This document shows positions 29,043 to 42,222 of a stretch of DNA of 64,000 nt, piece by piece. This stretch comes from Nitrospinaceae bacterium. Its GTDB lineage: Bacteria > Nitrospinota > Nitrospinia > Nitrospinales > Nitrospinaceae. The number at the start of each line of letters is the position of its first letter. Positions within the stretch are counted from its first letter, which is position 1. The stretch is taken from contig OZ250172.1 of assembly GCA_965237905.1 (NCBI GenBank), positions 3,022,608 to 3,086,607 on the forward strand, given 5' to 3'. Both the position numbers and the translations under genes were made by a program. A model generated the notes under the pieces. It had not been told where the DNA came from and did not search any database. It saw only the letters and a list, made by a program, of their open reading frames with translations.

Positions 29043-29811
29043 GTCCAAGGTGGTCGCCATTATCCCCGCCCGTTGGGCATCGACCCGGTTTCCGGGCAAG
29101 CCTCTGGCTCAAATCAAAAACAAACCCATGATCCAATGGGTGGTGGAGCAGGCCCAAAAGGCTTCCCGGGTGTCGGAAGTTATTGTGGCAACGGACGATG
29201 ACCGGATTTTGGATGCAGTGATCGGGTTCGGTGGCAAAGCGGTTATGACCTCTCAAGATCATGCTACCGGATCGGACCGTATTGCGGAGGTGGCATCCGA
29301 GCTGAATTGTGATATTGTAGTCAATATTCAGGGAGATGAGCCTCTTATACCTCCTGAAAATATTGATCAGGTAATCGACTGCCTCGATAAGAATCCCACT
29401 TTGAACGTAGCGACGTTGATGATGGCTGTTCATGAATCGGATGAAATCATCGATCCCAATGTGGTCAAAGTGGTTACGGATCAAAAGGGGAGAGCACTCT
29501 ATTTTTCCCGATCCGCTATTCCCTTTCACCGCGACGAATGGAAGAATGGGTTGCCAGAAAGTATTTCAAGAGTCAAAGAAGAAGGGGTGAACCGGGTTTT
29601 CAAACATATTGGGCTTTACGCGTATACCCGGTCGTTCCTGTTGAAATTTACCCAAATGAATCCCACCCCCATCGAGCAGTTGGAAAAACTGGAGCAACTT
29701 CGAATTCTTGAACATGGATATCCTATCCAGGTGGAGATTACTGATAAAATATCTATAGGTGTTGACCGGATTGAAGATTTGCAAAAAATCGAAAAGTTTC
29801 TCGGAAAATAG
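29032..29811 (+). CDS. kdsB: 3-deoxy-manno-octulosonate cytidylyltransferase
   Basis: IIPARWASTRFPGKPL, TGSDRIAE, NIQGDEP, YFSR, HIGLYAY, LEQLRILE. Confidence 0.97.
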   Translation: MPTESKVVAIIPARWASTRFPGKPLAQIKNKPMIQWVVEQAQKASRVSEVIVATDDDRILDAVIGFGGKAVMTSQDHATGSDRIAEVASELNCDIVVNIQGDEPLIPPENIDQVIDCLDKNPTLNVATLMMAVHESDEIIDPNVVKVVTDQKGRALYFSRSAIPFHRDEWKNGLPESISRVKEEGVNRVFKHIGLYAYTRSFLLKFTQMNPTPIEQLEKLEQLRILEHGYPIQVEITDKISIGVDRIEDLQKIEKFLGK

Positions 29812-29845
29812 AATCCGAACTAATCTTTTCAATAGATACGGATGA

Positions 29846-32589
<2,744 letters not shown>

Positions 32590-32696
32590 GGCGACACCTC
32601 CTCAGTTTCTTATAGGGAGATTTCTGAAATGCGCCGATAGTTTCCTTATACGGGAGTTTTTTTAAAAATGAAAGCCTAAACTGATTCCTGCGAGGA

Positions 32697-33149
32697 CTAG
32701 CCTTGTGCCAAACCTTTGATGATGTCCAGCTTGCCGATTATTCCAAGTATCTTTTTGCCATCCACCACTGGGATCGAATGGACACTTTTTTCGGCCATTA
32801 GTGAGGCTATCTCATGGACGCCGGCATCTGGCGAAACGGTTACCACATTGGAAGTGTAAATATCTTTAACCTGGGTCGCGTTGTAACGCTTCACTTCCGC
32901 CTCGAATTTTTTACCGCTCTCCAGATAAATAACGGCATCGAATAAGGCGATCACTGTAGGAATATGAAGGTTTTTGCTTTGCTCGATCAGATTTTTTTCA
33001 GTGACGATACCGATCAGTTGGCCATCCTCGTCCACCACGGGAAAACCATTTACTTTATGTTGGATGAACAGGTCTGATAATCTCTTGATGGCGGTATCTT
33101 GAGTGACTGTAATCACTTCCTCCGTCATAATCTCTTTGGCTGTAATCAT
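32697..33149 (-). CDS. CBS-domain protein
   Basis: AKEIMT...FPVVD...GIVTE and IPVVD...GIIGKLD CBS pair. Confidence 0.92.
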   Translation of the reverse strand: MITAKEIMTEEVITVTQDTAIKRLSDLFIQHKVNGFPVVDEDGQLIGIVTEKNLIEQSKNLHIPTVIALFDAVIYLESGKKFEAEVKRYNATQVKDIYTSNVVTVSPDAGVHEIASLMAEKSVHSIPVVDGKKILGIIGKLDIIKGLAQG

Positions 33150-33157
33150 TTAAGACC

Positions 33158-34378
33158 TCAATCTGGATTCCTGGAGCGGTTGTTTGTTTCTGAATGGATT
33201 TCGGTGCGACTGAATTTTTTCAGCAGATATTCCCAAAATAGGGCAATCAGTTCGTTAATTTTATTAAAGGTTCTGAAGGGGATTTCCTTTTGAGTTTTAT
33301 AGCTAACGTAAATGGTAAAAATCAACAAGACGATGTTGGGGATCCACACCGAAAAATAAGGATTGATCCTTCCACTGCGGCCAAAGTTCTGCAGAAGTAC
33401 CAAGCCTACGTAATACATCAAGATAATGAGGATTGCAAAAATAAATCCTCCGGATTTTCCGGATCGTCGGGAAGTGATGCCAAGCGGAACCCCCAGGATT
33501 CCAAAAAGAATACAGGTGAGCGGGATAGAGAACCGCTTGCTCAATTCAACCTTTTCGATATTGTCCTGCCATTTTATTTTTTCATTTTCTTTGATTCGTT
33601 GTTGCAGTTCGGAAACAGACATTTCCCTGGGTTTCAGGATTTGTTTTTTCTTGAGTTGGTCGGTTCCGGGGATATCCAGGGTCAAATCGTACCGATCAAA
33701 CTTCATAATTTGATAATCTTCGCCTTGCTTGGCCAGGTCATGGATGGATCCGTTTCTCAATTGGAGTTGGATTCTGAAGTTGGCCGGGTCGGTCAGAATA
33801 AAGCCCTGCTCGGAGAGAATGATTTTGGTCGACCCTTTAAAAGAACTGTCGGCAATAAAAACTCCTTTGAAACCATTCTGGCCGTTCTTTTCTTTGACCA
33901 TCAATACCATATTGTCAAAGTCTCGGTTGAATACGTTGGGTTTGATGTCAATGTTGGCTCGGGTTTTTACAATATCAAAAATCATCTGCTTCAAAGCCTG
34001 GTTGCCCACGGGAAGCGCATAAAAAATGATCGCATTGGTCGCAATGTAAGCCAGAAAGGAAAACAGAAGGATAGGGCGGAGAAGATACGTAAAACTCCAG
34101 CCGCAGGATTTCATGACGACTAATTCGTTGTCACCTGAGAACTGGTTGAAAGTCACCACCGCGGCCACCAAAACGCTGATTGGAATGGTGATCGATAGAA
34201 ATATCGGTGAAATGTAGAGAACCATTCGGCCCACTTCAAGCATCGTCAGACCCCGGTTGAGGATCAGGTCTGTCATGAACATAGCCTTGTCAAGAAACAT
34301 GACCATGGTCAAAAACATGGTGCTCAGGGCGAAAATTTTAAGGGTTTCCGTGAAAATATAGCGGTGGATGATTTTCAT
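33158..34378 (-). CDS. lptF: LPS export permease LptF (LptF/G family)
   Basis: IIHRYI, DNELVVMKSCG, periplasmic beta domain, RFSIPLTC, GVPLG...RSGKS. Confidence 0.85.
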   Translation of the reverse strand: MKIIHRYIFTETLKIFALSTMFLTMVMFLDKAMFMTDLILNRGLTMLEVGRMVLYISPIFLSITIPISVLVAAVVTFNQFSGDNELVVMKSCGWSFTYLLRPILLFSFLAYIATNAIIFYALPVGNQALKQMIFDIVKTRANIDIKPNVFNRDFDNMVLMVKEKNGQNGFKGVFIADSSFKGSTKIILSEQGFILTDPANFRIQLQLRNGSIHDLAKQGEDYQIMKFDRYDLTLDIPGTDQLKKKQILKPREMSVSELQQRIKENEKIKWQDNIEKVELSKRFSIPLTCILFGILGVPLGITSRRSGKSGGFIFAILIILMYYVGLVLLQNFGRSGRINPYFSVWIPNIVLLIFTIYVSYKTQKEIPFRTFNKINELIALFWEYLLKKFSRTEIHSETNNRSRNPD

Positions 34379-34503
34379 GAATGCTGGTAGAATCCCGGTG
34401 GTTAAAACCCCCGCGCTTTTTATTAGGGTGGCAGGTCTTTTGAGTCCCTCGAATCAATTTATCTTATCATTATACTATTTATCCATCGGCTCTGTTCAGG
34501 AAA

Positions 34504-35397
34504 ATGGTGTTGAAGAAACCTCCGCGCTCTCTTAATTCACGCAGTCGGCTCCCCGCCTGGTTGAAAACGTCTTTGCCTTCCGGTGAAAATTTTTTTCGCC
34601 TGCGCTCGTTAGTCCGGAAGCACCAACTGCATACCGTATGCGAATCGGCTTCCTGTCCCAATATCGGCGAATGTTGGGGAAAGGGTACGTTGACACTGAT
34701 GATCCTGGGAGATCATTGCTCTCGCGCCTGCCGGTTTTGCGACGTTGCCACCGGTCAGATGTTGCCTCCCGATGACAAGGAGCCCCGACAGGTGGCGGAG
34801 ATGCTTTCCCGTTTGAGCCTGAGTTATGTAGTCATCACTTCCGTGGACCGGGATGATTTGCCCGATGGCGGAGCCAGCCATTGGGCCGAAACTCTTCAGC
34901 AGATTCGTAAACTGTGCCCTGATCTCGGAGTCGAGGCCTTGGTGCCTGATTTCAAAGCGGAAGCATCCCTGATCGAAAAGGTCTGTGCCGCACAGCCGGA
35001 TGTGTTCGCGCACAATATCGAAACGGTGGAATCCTTGCAAAAACGTGTTCGTCCACAATGCCGTTACGATTGGTCCCTGAAGACTCTGACCGTTGCGGCC
35101 CGCCAATTTGGGATGATCACCAAGAGCAGTATGATGCTGGGTCATGGCGAAACCCGGCAGGAAGTGGTTCAAACCATGACGGATCTCCGGAAAACGGGAT
35201 GCCGGATGTTGTCCATCGGCCAATACCTTCAGCCCTCACGATCCCATCTCGAAGTCAGGGAATATGTCCACCCCGATGTGTTTGCCGAGTACAAACAAAT
35301 CGGAGAAGATATGGGATTTGATCATGTGGAGTCCGGTCCGCTGGTCCGCAGTTCATTCCGTGCCGATCAACAAGCCAATGCCGCGGGGATTGTTTAG
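34504..35397 (+). CDS. lipA: Lipoyl synthase
   Basis: TVCESASCPNIGECW, CSRACRFC, TSVDRDDL, GQYLQP, PLVRSS. Confidence 0.97.
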   Translation: MVLKKPPRSLNSRSRLPAWLKTSLPSGENFFRLRSLVRKHQLHTVCESASCPNIGECWGKGTLTLMILGDHCSRACRFCDVATGQMLPPDDKEPRQVAEMLSRLSLSYVVITSVDRDDLPDGGASHWAETLQQIRKLCPDLGVEALVPDFKAEASLIEKVCAAQPDVFAHNIETVESLQKRVRPQCRYDWSLKTLTVAARQFGMITKSSMMLGHGETRQEVVQTMTDLRKTGCRMLSIGQYLQPSRSHLEVREYVHPDVFAEYKQIGEDMGFDHVESGPLVRSSFRADQQANAAGIV

Positions 35398-36533
35398 ATC
35401 TTATGGCTTATCATCTGTTGAATCTGCTCCATCCAACCTGTGCCCCAATCGAAGACATACCGGTTGCCATCCGCTTTGGTTTGTCTTAATAAATCGCTGT
35501 AATAACTTTCATCCTCGATACACCGGTTTATTTTTTGGATCAGCTCGTGCGTTTCATGGGGACTGAAATGTTGTTCAGGATTGCGGATCACTTCCATGTT
35601 TTCCGGAATGGCGCTCACCAAACAAGGCATTTTGCAGGTGGTCGCTTCCAAAAGAGATTCGGACATACCTTCCCGTAAAGAGGGGAACGCAAATAAATCC
35701 GATCCCTGGAGCAGACTCCGGGGATCGTCCCGCCACCCGGTGAAAATAACACGTTCCGCAATTCCTAAAGCCCGCGCGACCTTCTTCAGATGGGAGCGTT
35801 GGCCGCCGGCTCCGATCAGCACCAAAACCGCTCGTTCGGAATTCACATGCGAAAATGCGGCGATCAAAAATTCCAGATTTTTATGAGGCTCAAAAATACT
35901 GGTGTTGGCGATGATGAAGGCGTCATCCGCCAGCTGCAACTCTTGGATGACCTTTTGGCGTTGTTCTTCTTTTTTGAATGGTGGCGCATCAACGTGATTC
36001 GTATGCACCGCAACCTTTTCGTCATCCAACTGGTAGCGCTGAATCCAGGAGTTGCGACAGGACTCGGAGTTGGCGATCATCCGGTCTGACCATCGGACAC
36101 CCCATCGCTCCAGAATATTTTCCAGTTTATTAAGAGATTGGTAGTCTTCATGGCAATCAGTGGTGAACTGGGGTTTGGTCCATAAAAGAGTCACCATGGG
36201 TGTTCTGCGCAACCATTTAACCGGCCCGCTGATCCAGGCATAGACCGGAGTGGCGGCAGAGATGAGATGGAATTTATGGCGCAATCCCAAAATCAGTGCA
36301 TGCAAGGGTGCCGTTGTGAAAAACCAGGCCCAGAAAAATAATCCCGAATGCTTTTGAAAAGGACAGAGGAGTATATGAGGAATCAAATTTTCGTCGTGAT
36401 AGGGATAAGGTTCCACCGCGATGTAATGCACCTGCCAGCCCGCTTTCAGATAAGCCTCGACCTTGAGGCGAAATCGTTTGCAGAATCCACCCCGCCGGTG
36501 TTTGTAGTAAATGGTTAATACTTTGAGTGTCAT
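35394..36533 (-). CDS. Glycosyltransferase (GT-B, family 4-like)
   Basis: HKNLEFLI, VIFTGWRDD, FPSLREGMSESLLEA. Confidence 0.88.
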   Translation of the reverse strand: MTLKVLTIYYKHRRGGFCKRFRLKVEAYLKAGWQVHYIAVEPYPYHDENLIPHILLCPFQKHSGLFFWAWFFTTAPLHALILGLRHKFHLISAATPVYAWISGPVKWLRRTPMVTLLWTKPQFTTDCHEDYQSLNKLENILERWGVRWSDRMIANSESCRNSWIQRYQLDDEKVAVHTNHVDAPPFKKEEQRQKVIQELQLADDAFIIANTSIFEPHKNLEFLIAAFSHVNSERAVLVLIGAGGQRSHLKKVARALGIAERVIFTGWRDDPRSLLQGSDLFAFPSLREGMSESLLEATTCKMPCLVSAIPENMEVIRNPEQHFSPHETHELIQKINRCIEDESYYSDLLRQTKADGNRYVFDWGTGWMEQIQQMISHKI

Positions 36534-36563
36534 ATGTACGGATGAACGATGGGTGATCGAGGG

Positions 36564-37430
36564 TTATTTGATTTTGCTCAAGCCCAGGGTTTCCCGGATC
36601 AGGTTTTTTACGACAAAAATAATATTCTCTTTTCTTTCCGCCAGCCGTCTCAAGGTATAAGGAAGCCAAGCCTTGCCGTAGGGAACGTATATCCGAACCT
36701 GATATCCCTTATCCAAAAGCACCTGCTGGATATCCCGCCGCACCCCATACAGTAATTCAAAATAGAAGGAATCGCGGGAAATATTTTCCTTTTCGATGAA
36801 TGCGCTGATTTGCTCGATCAGGATTTCATCGTGGGTGGCGATGGCGGGCAGGTTTCCTTCTTTGAGAAGACGGAAAGCCTGCTTCAAAAAGTTTTCTCGG
36901 ATTTCGTCCATCGATTGATAAGCGATGGTCTGCGGCTCTTTGTATGCCCCCTTGCACAGCCGGGTGGCAACCCCTTGCTCGATGACCGATTGAATATCCT
37001 GGTCGGTCCGGCGTAAATAGGCCTGCAATACCACTCCCAGGTTCTTATGGGTTTTCTGGAGTTCGAGACCCAACTTCAAGGTTCGCTCGGTTAAGTCCGA
37101 ACCTTCCATATCAAACCGGATGGTGTGATGACCCGCCGCGTCAATCAAATCCCCCACATTTTTTTTACAGAGATCGTAGCTGATGTCCATTCCCAGAGCG
37201 CTGACCTTGGCGGAAATGTCAACGGGACGATGAAAGGTTTCGATGTCTTTCAGTAGAGCCAGATACTCGTTTCTCGCCGCGATTGCCTGGTCCTCGGTAT
37301 GAACACTTTCACCCAGGACATCCACCGTGCAGAGGAACCCCTGATCGTACAGGGATTTGATGTTCTTGAGCGCCGTTGCCCGGTCGCCCCCGGCGATAAA
37401 CCGTTTGGCAAATGGATATAGAATACGCAT
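36564..37430 (-). CDS. Monofunctional proline dehydrogenase
   Basis: RFIAG, DVLGE, DMEGS, LQAYL, RLCKGAY, ATHD, ELLYG, YVPYG, RRLAER. Confidence 0.93.
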   Translation of the reverse strand: MRILYPFAKRFIAGGDRATALKNIKSLYDQGFLCTVDVLGESVHTEDQAIAARNEYLALLKDIETFHRPVDISAKVSALGMDISYDLCKKNVGDLIDAAGHHTIRFDMEGSDLTERTLKLGLELQKTHKNLGVVLQAYLRRTDQDIQSVIEQGVATRLCKGAYKEPQTIAYQSMDEIRENFLKQAFRLLKEGNLPAIATHDEILIEQISAFIEKENISRDSFYFELLYGVRRDIQQVLLDKGYQVRIYVPYGKAWLPYTLRRLAERKENIIFVVKNLIRETLGLSKIK

Positions 37431-37614
37431 CGTGTGTCATCCCGGACATGGGTGTGAAAGCGACTCATCCCTGAGCTTGAAGGACATGGTACAATACTGA
37501 AAAACCTAATAGAATTCTGATACTTATATAATATAAACGATCCGGAAGGATGGGGCAAAAGTTTACAATGCTACCGGGTTCTTCCTCTTTGATTTTTTCC
37601 GTTTGAGGAGTCTT

Positions 37615-37704
37615 ATGAATTTACAGTGTCTTATTTTTATTGCCCTGGGATTTCTCGCCGCTTTTACGTTGCTCTTCCTGATGATCAGCCACAAGTCCGA
37701 CTGA
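37615..37704 (+). CDS. Putative 29-aa single-TM small protein (below ORF-track cutoff)
   Basis: GAGGAG at 37605-37610 then ATG; MNLQCLIFIALGFLAAFTLLFLMISHKSD; lies wholly in the intergenic gap. Confidence 0.65.
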   Translation: MNLQCLIFIALGFLAAFTLLFLMISHKSD

Positions 37705-37733
37705 ACCCTCCTCGAAGTTCTTGCGTCGCTTGC

Positions 37734-39743
37734 CTAATCCACAGCATGGCAGGCCACAAAAGTGTTCCCCTTGAATTTCTTTTCCGGGTACTCGTTCCGG
37801 CATTTTTGGTGTAACGGAGATCCTTCCGGTTCCTTCATTAAAATCGGACAACGCGGATGAAAATGACACCCCGTAGGCGGATTGAGCGGTGAAGGCACAT
37901 CTCCCACCACCGTTTCAAACGGTTTGCGTTCGCCCAGCGAAGGCACCGCTTTGAGAAGCGATTGCGTATAAGGGTGCTTCGGTAGCTGGAACAACTCTTT
38001 CGCCGGCGCATATTCCACGATGCGCCCGAGATACATGATGGCCACTTCATCAGAAATATACTGCACGACATTCAGGTTGTGGGTGATGAACAGGTAAGTC
38101 AGATTCCGTTTGGCCTGCAGTTCCTTCAGCAGGTTGAGCACCTGTGCCTGCACGGAAACATCCAGTGCGCTGGTGGGTTCGTCCAGCACCAGAAACTCCG
38201 GTTCCAGAATCAATGCCCGGGCGATGCTGATGCGCTGCCGTTGACCTCCGGAAAATTCGTGCGGATATCGATCGGCGACAGAAGGGTCCATTCCCACCTC
38301 CCTCAGTACTTTGGAAATTTTGTCATTGGTTTCATCCGGACCCAGTTCCGGAAAATGAACGGTTAAGCCTTCTCCAATAATTTCCCGAACCCGCAGGCGA
38401 GGTGACAGGGAACCGAAAGGATCCTGAAAGATGATTTGCATGTGCCGCCGGATTTGCTTTAGCTCGTTCGTCGGCAGGTTCATCACGTCGGTTTCTTTAA
38501 AGTGCACCGTACCCTGAACCTCCCGGTTAAGGCGCAGAATCGATTCGCCCAAGGTGGTTTTACCACACCCGGACTCGCCTACCAGGGCCACCGTGGATCC
38601 CTTGATCAGTTTCAGGTCCACGTGATCCACTGCCTTGACATAATTGGCTATGCGGCGGAACACGCCTTTGCGTACCGGAAACCAGGTTTTCAGTCCCTGA
38701 ACGGTGACCAAAGGTTCGTGCCCCATCGATTTTTTGGGAGCTAGAATCTTGGGTTCTTCCTGCACCGCGGTTTGGGTCATGCCGCCTTCAAATAAATGAC
38801 AGCGGACTGTATGGCCTTGTTCCACTTTATAGATTTTACTATCGTGGGAGCGGCACACGTCCATGGTGTGGGCACACCGGTCGGCGAACAAACACCCTTC
38901 TCCGTAATCCGTTGCGGGGGGAACCAGACCGGGAATGGTATTGAGCTCATACGATTCGTCACCGGGTTTGGGAATGGATTCAAATAATCTCCGGGTGTAA
39001 GGGTGCACCATATTTCCGAAAATTTGCTCGCGGCTTCCCTGTTCCACGATGCGTCCGGCGTACATGATGGAGACGTCATCCGCCATCTGGTTGACGATAC
39101 CCATATCGTGCGTGATTAGTAAAATCGCCATGCCCGTTTCTTTTTGCAGGTCCGCCATCAACCGCAAAACCTGGGCTTGGATGGTTACGTCCAGCGCCGT
39201 GGTCGGCTCGTCCGCGATCAATAGTTTGGGTTCACAAGCCAGCGCCATGGCGATCATGACCCTCTGTTTCATCCCGCCGGACAGTTGATGAGGGTAGTCG
39301 TCGATGCGTTTGTCCGGGTCAGGGAGGCCGACATGATCCAGCAACTCGATCGCCCGTTTGCGGGCCGGGCCTTTTTCCAGCATGCGGTGCATACGAAGCG
39401 GTTCCTCCAACTGGTTGCCGATCCGGTACAGAGGATTGAGTGAGGTCATCGGTTCCTGGAAGATCATGGCGATGTCGTTGCCGCGAATACGGCGCATGTC
39501 TTCCTCAGATTTTTCGGATAGATTTTCCCGGTCAAACAGAATTTTGCCGGAGGGATGGTACCCATTTTCGGCAATGAGCCGGATGATGGAAAAGGCGGTC
39601 TGCGATTTGCCGCATCCGGATTCGCCCACCAGCGCCAGGGTTTTGCCCTGATCCAGTTGGAAGGAGATGCCGTCCACCGCTTGCGCGACCTGAGTCAGGC
39701 CCACCCGGAAATACGTTCGCAGATTGTCGACTTCGAGTAACAT
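37734..39743 (-). CDS. Peptide ABC transporter ATP-binding protein, two fused ATPase domains (YejF-like)
   Basis: Two GESGCGK, LSGGMKQR and FSGGQRQR, Cys-containing oligopeptide-ABC C-terminal motifs. Confidence 0.93.
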   Translation of the reverse strand: MLLEVDNLRTYFRVGLTQVAQAVDGISFQLDQGKTLALVGESGCGKSQTAFSIIRLIAENGYHPSGKILFDRENLSEKSEEDMRRIRGNDIAMIFQEPMTSLNPLYRIGNQLEEPLRMHRMLEKGPARKRAIELLDHVGLPDPDKRIDDYPHQLSGGMKQRVMIAMALACEPKLLIADEPTTALDVTIQAQVLRLMADLQKETGMAILLITHDMGIVNQMADDVSIMYAGRIVEQGSREQIFGNMVHPYTRRLFESIPKPGDESYELNTIPGLVPPATDYGEGCLFADRCAHTMDVCRSHDSKIYKVEQGHTVRCHLFEGGMTQTAVQEEPKILAPKKSMGHEPLVTVQGLKTWFPVRKGVFRRIANYVKAVDHVDLKLIKGSTVALVGESGCGKTTLGESILRLNREVQGTVHFKETDVMNLPTNELKQIRRHMQIIFQDPFGSLSPRLRVREIIGEGLTVHFPELGPDETNDKISKVLREVGMDPSVADRYPHEFSGGQRQRISIARALILEPEFLVLDEPTSALDVSVQAQVLNLLKELQAKRNLTYLFITHNLNVVQYISDEVAIMYLGRIVEYAPAKELFQLPKHPYTQSLLKAVPSLGERKPFETVVGDVPSPLNPPTGCHFHPRCPILMKEPEGSPLHQKCRNEYPEKKFKGNTFVACHAVD

Positions 39744-41057
39744 TTAGTTGGATGCCTTTCTAGGATCAAAGGCATTGCGGATGCCGTCGCCGACGAAGGT
39801 CAATAGGGTCAAGGCTCCGGTCAACACGACAAAGGTGGGGACCAGTATCCAGATCGCCTGCAGATTGGTTTTGCCCTGCGCCAGCAGTTCGCCGATGCTC
39901 GGAGCGGGGCTGGGCACGCCGAGGTTCAGAAAATCGAGACTCACCAGCGCCAGAATGCCTGCCGTCACTTCAAAAGGAAAAAAGGTGATAACCGGTGTCA
40001 GCGAATTCGGCAGGATATGCTTTCCCATGATGCGGAAATTGGAAACGCCCAGCGCTTTGGCGGCTTTGACATATTCGAGGTTGCGTCCCTTTAAAAATTC
40101 AGCACGGATATAGGCGGCCATGCCCATCCATGCCGTCAGGTTCAGAATAACAAATAGGAGCAAGGCAGAGGGAGTCAGTAGAGCGCTCAGAATAATCAGA
40201 ATGTACAGACGCGGGATGGAGCCCCACATCTCGGTCAGGCGTTGCCCGATCAAATCGATCCAGCCTCCGAAAAATCCTTGAATGCCGCCCAGCAGGCATC
40301 CAAGAAGGGTTCCGGTTACCGCCAGCGATAAACCAAAAATCATGGAAATACGGAAGCCGTAAATCAAACGAGCCAGCACGTCACGGCCGCGGTCGTCGGT
40401 GCCCAGATAATGCCCGTCCTGCCAGGACGAGGGGATGATTCTGCTTTTATCGGCGGATTGTGTTTCGTAAGGTGCGGCGAGGGTGACCCGGCCCGTTACG
40501 CTGTGACTGGGGATGTGCCTGTAGTCATACCGTACCAGCGGCCAGAGCATCCAGTAGTCATGAGCCTTCAGTGCGGTGTCAGGGGTCTCTGGAACGGTTT
40601 CGTTTTTGGTTTCCGGGAGCGGCGCCAGTGAATCGTCTTCTTCAAAATCTTCCAACGTTAAAATCAGGGGTGCGGATGAGACGCTTTCTTCCCCTTCATC
40701 GAAATCTCCCAGGCCCAGTGTCAGGTTGGCATCATCCCCTTCATCAAAATCACTTAAATCCATACTGGTAGAAGCGTCCGGCGATTCGCCCTTGAGGATC
40801 CTTAGAAACCGTTCCGACTTGTAATCGGGTTCCGAGAGAAAGGGACCGCCAAAGTCCTGCTCGCTGTAAGTCCACATGATGGGAAAGTACGGTTTGCCGT
40901 CCACCACTAGAAGAATTGGGCGGACGTTGCATAGAAACTCGGCGGGCAGGGTCAGGAAAAAAACCGCCATCAGGGCGATCAGGCTGTAGCGCGCCCGTTT
41001 GTCGCTATTGAATTTTTGAAATTTGACCTGCAGGTCCTTGTTTAATTTTATTGCCAC
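39744..41057 (-). CDS. Peptide ABC transporter permease (YejE-like) with acidic insertion
   Basis: LGTDDRGRDVLARLIYGFRIS, RAEFLKGRNLEYV, HILPN, LDFL; GTG start. Confidence 0.9.
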   Translation of the reverse strand: MAIKLNKDLQVKFQKFNSDKRARYSLIALMAVFFLTLPAEFLCNVRPILLVVDGKPYFPIMWTYSEQDFGGPFLSEPDYKSERFLRILKGESPDASTSMDLSDFDEGDDANLTLGLGDFDEGEESVSSAPLILTLEDFEEDDSLAPLPETKNETVPETPDTALKAHDYWMLWPLVRYDYRHIPSHSVTGRVTLAAPYETQSADKSRIIPSSWQDGHYLGTDDRGRDVLARLIYGFRISMIFGLSLAVTGTLLGCLLGGIQGFFGGWIDLIGQRLTEMWGSIPRLYILIILSALLTPSALLLFVILNLTAWMGMAAYIRAEFLKGRNLEYVKAAKALGVSNFRIMGKHILPNSLTPVITFFPFEVTAGILALVSLDFLNLGVPSPAPSIGELLAQGKTNLQAIWILVPTFVVLTGALTLLTFVGDGIRNAFDPRKASN

Positions 41058-42202
41058 TATCCCTGCGACTCCTCAAATGAAATCCGGCGGTCGATGATCA
41101 CGTAAGAAATATCCGTCAATAATTGTCCGATCAATGCCAGCAAAGCGAAAATAAACAGACTGCCCAATACGATGGGATAATCCCTCTGGATCACGGCCTG
41201 GTACGACAGCAGACCCAAACCATCCAAGGTAAAAATCTGTTCGATCAACAGCGACCCGGTGAAAAACATGGTCAGAAAGGCGATGGGAAAACCCGTGATC
41301 AGGGGGATCAGGGAATTTTTCAAAATATGCTTGTAGAGGATAGAGTTCTCGGTCAACCCCTTGGCACGCGCCGTCAGCACATATTGCTTGCGCATCTCTT
41401 CAATGATGGCGTTCTTGGTCAACATGGTGAGCGTGGCGAAACCGCCGATGACGTAACAGGTCAACGGGGCTATAAGATGATGCAGGTAATCGGTGAACTT
41501 CTGCCAATAGGTCCATTCCTCATAACCGGGAATGCCCACCGAGGTGAGCCCGGCGATGGGTATCATATGGGCGATCGCCCGGTCACCCGGCCCAAAAAGA
41601 ACGATGAGCAGGAGTCCCAGAACAAAACCCGGTGTGCTGTAACCGATCAACACAAGTACGCTGGAGGTTGTATCGAATCGAGAGCCGCTTCTCACGGCCT
41701 TGGCAATGCCCAGGGTGATGCAGATGATATAAGTCATGAAAAAACTGATGACTCCGAGAGAAGCCGAGACCGGCAGTTTTTCGACGATCAATTCCAGAAC
41801 CGACTTGTTCCGGTAAAATGAATTGCCGAATTTGAACACCAGAAACCCATCCCAGTTGTCCCGGTTGAAAAACCGTTCGGTGAACGGTGGGTTCATGTCC
41901 TTCGGTGAATACCAGATGAAGGTCCGGAGGTAACGTTCCCAAACCGGTCGGTCCAAGTGATATATTTTTTTTAGTTCCTCAAGATATTTCGGGTCCATCT
42001 CTTGGGCTTTGAGACCCTGAATGCCTCCTGGGCTACCACCGCCTCCGGCTTCGTCCATCACACCCGCATGCCCGCGCAGTTGGGATCTCATTTGATCGAT
42101 GGGTCCGCCCGGTACAAATTGGACGATGACAAACGTAATCGTGAGAATTCCGATCAGAGTCGGGAGCATCAACATCAGGCGGCGAATTATATAAGAGGTC
42201 AT
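41057..42202 (-). CDS. Peptide ABC transporter permease (YejB-like)
   Basis: YIIRRL...VQFVPGGP, KLPVS, QYVLTARAKGL, GSLLIEQIF, RDYP. Confidence 0.92.
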   Translation of the reverse strand: MTSYIIRRLMLMLPTLIGILTITFVIVQFVPGGPIDQMRSQLRGHAGVMDEAGGGGSPGGIQGLKAQEMDPKYLEELKKIYHLDRPVWERYLRTFIWYSPKDMNPPFTERFFNRDNWDGFLVFKFGNSFYRNKSVLELIVEKLPVSASLGVISFFMTYIICITLGIAKAVRSGSRFDTTSSVLVLIGYSTPGFVLGLLLIVLFGPGDRAIAHMIPIAGLTSVGIPGYEEWTYWQKFTDYLHHLIAPLTCYVIGGFATLTMLTKNAIIEEMRKQYVLTARAKGLTENSILYKHILKNSLIPLITGFPIAFLTMFFTGSLLIEQIFTLDGLGLLSYQAVIQRDYPIVLGSLFIFALLALIGQLLTDISYVIIDRRISFEESQG

Positions 42203-42222
42203 AATATTTTATGTGAATGGAA

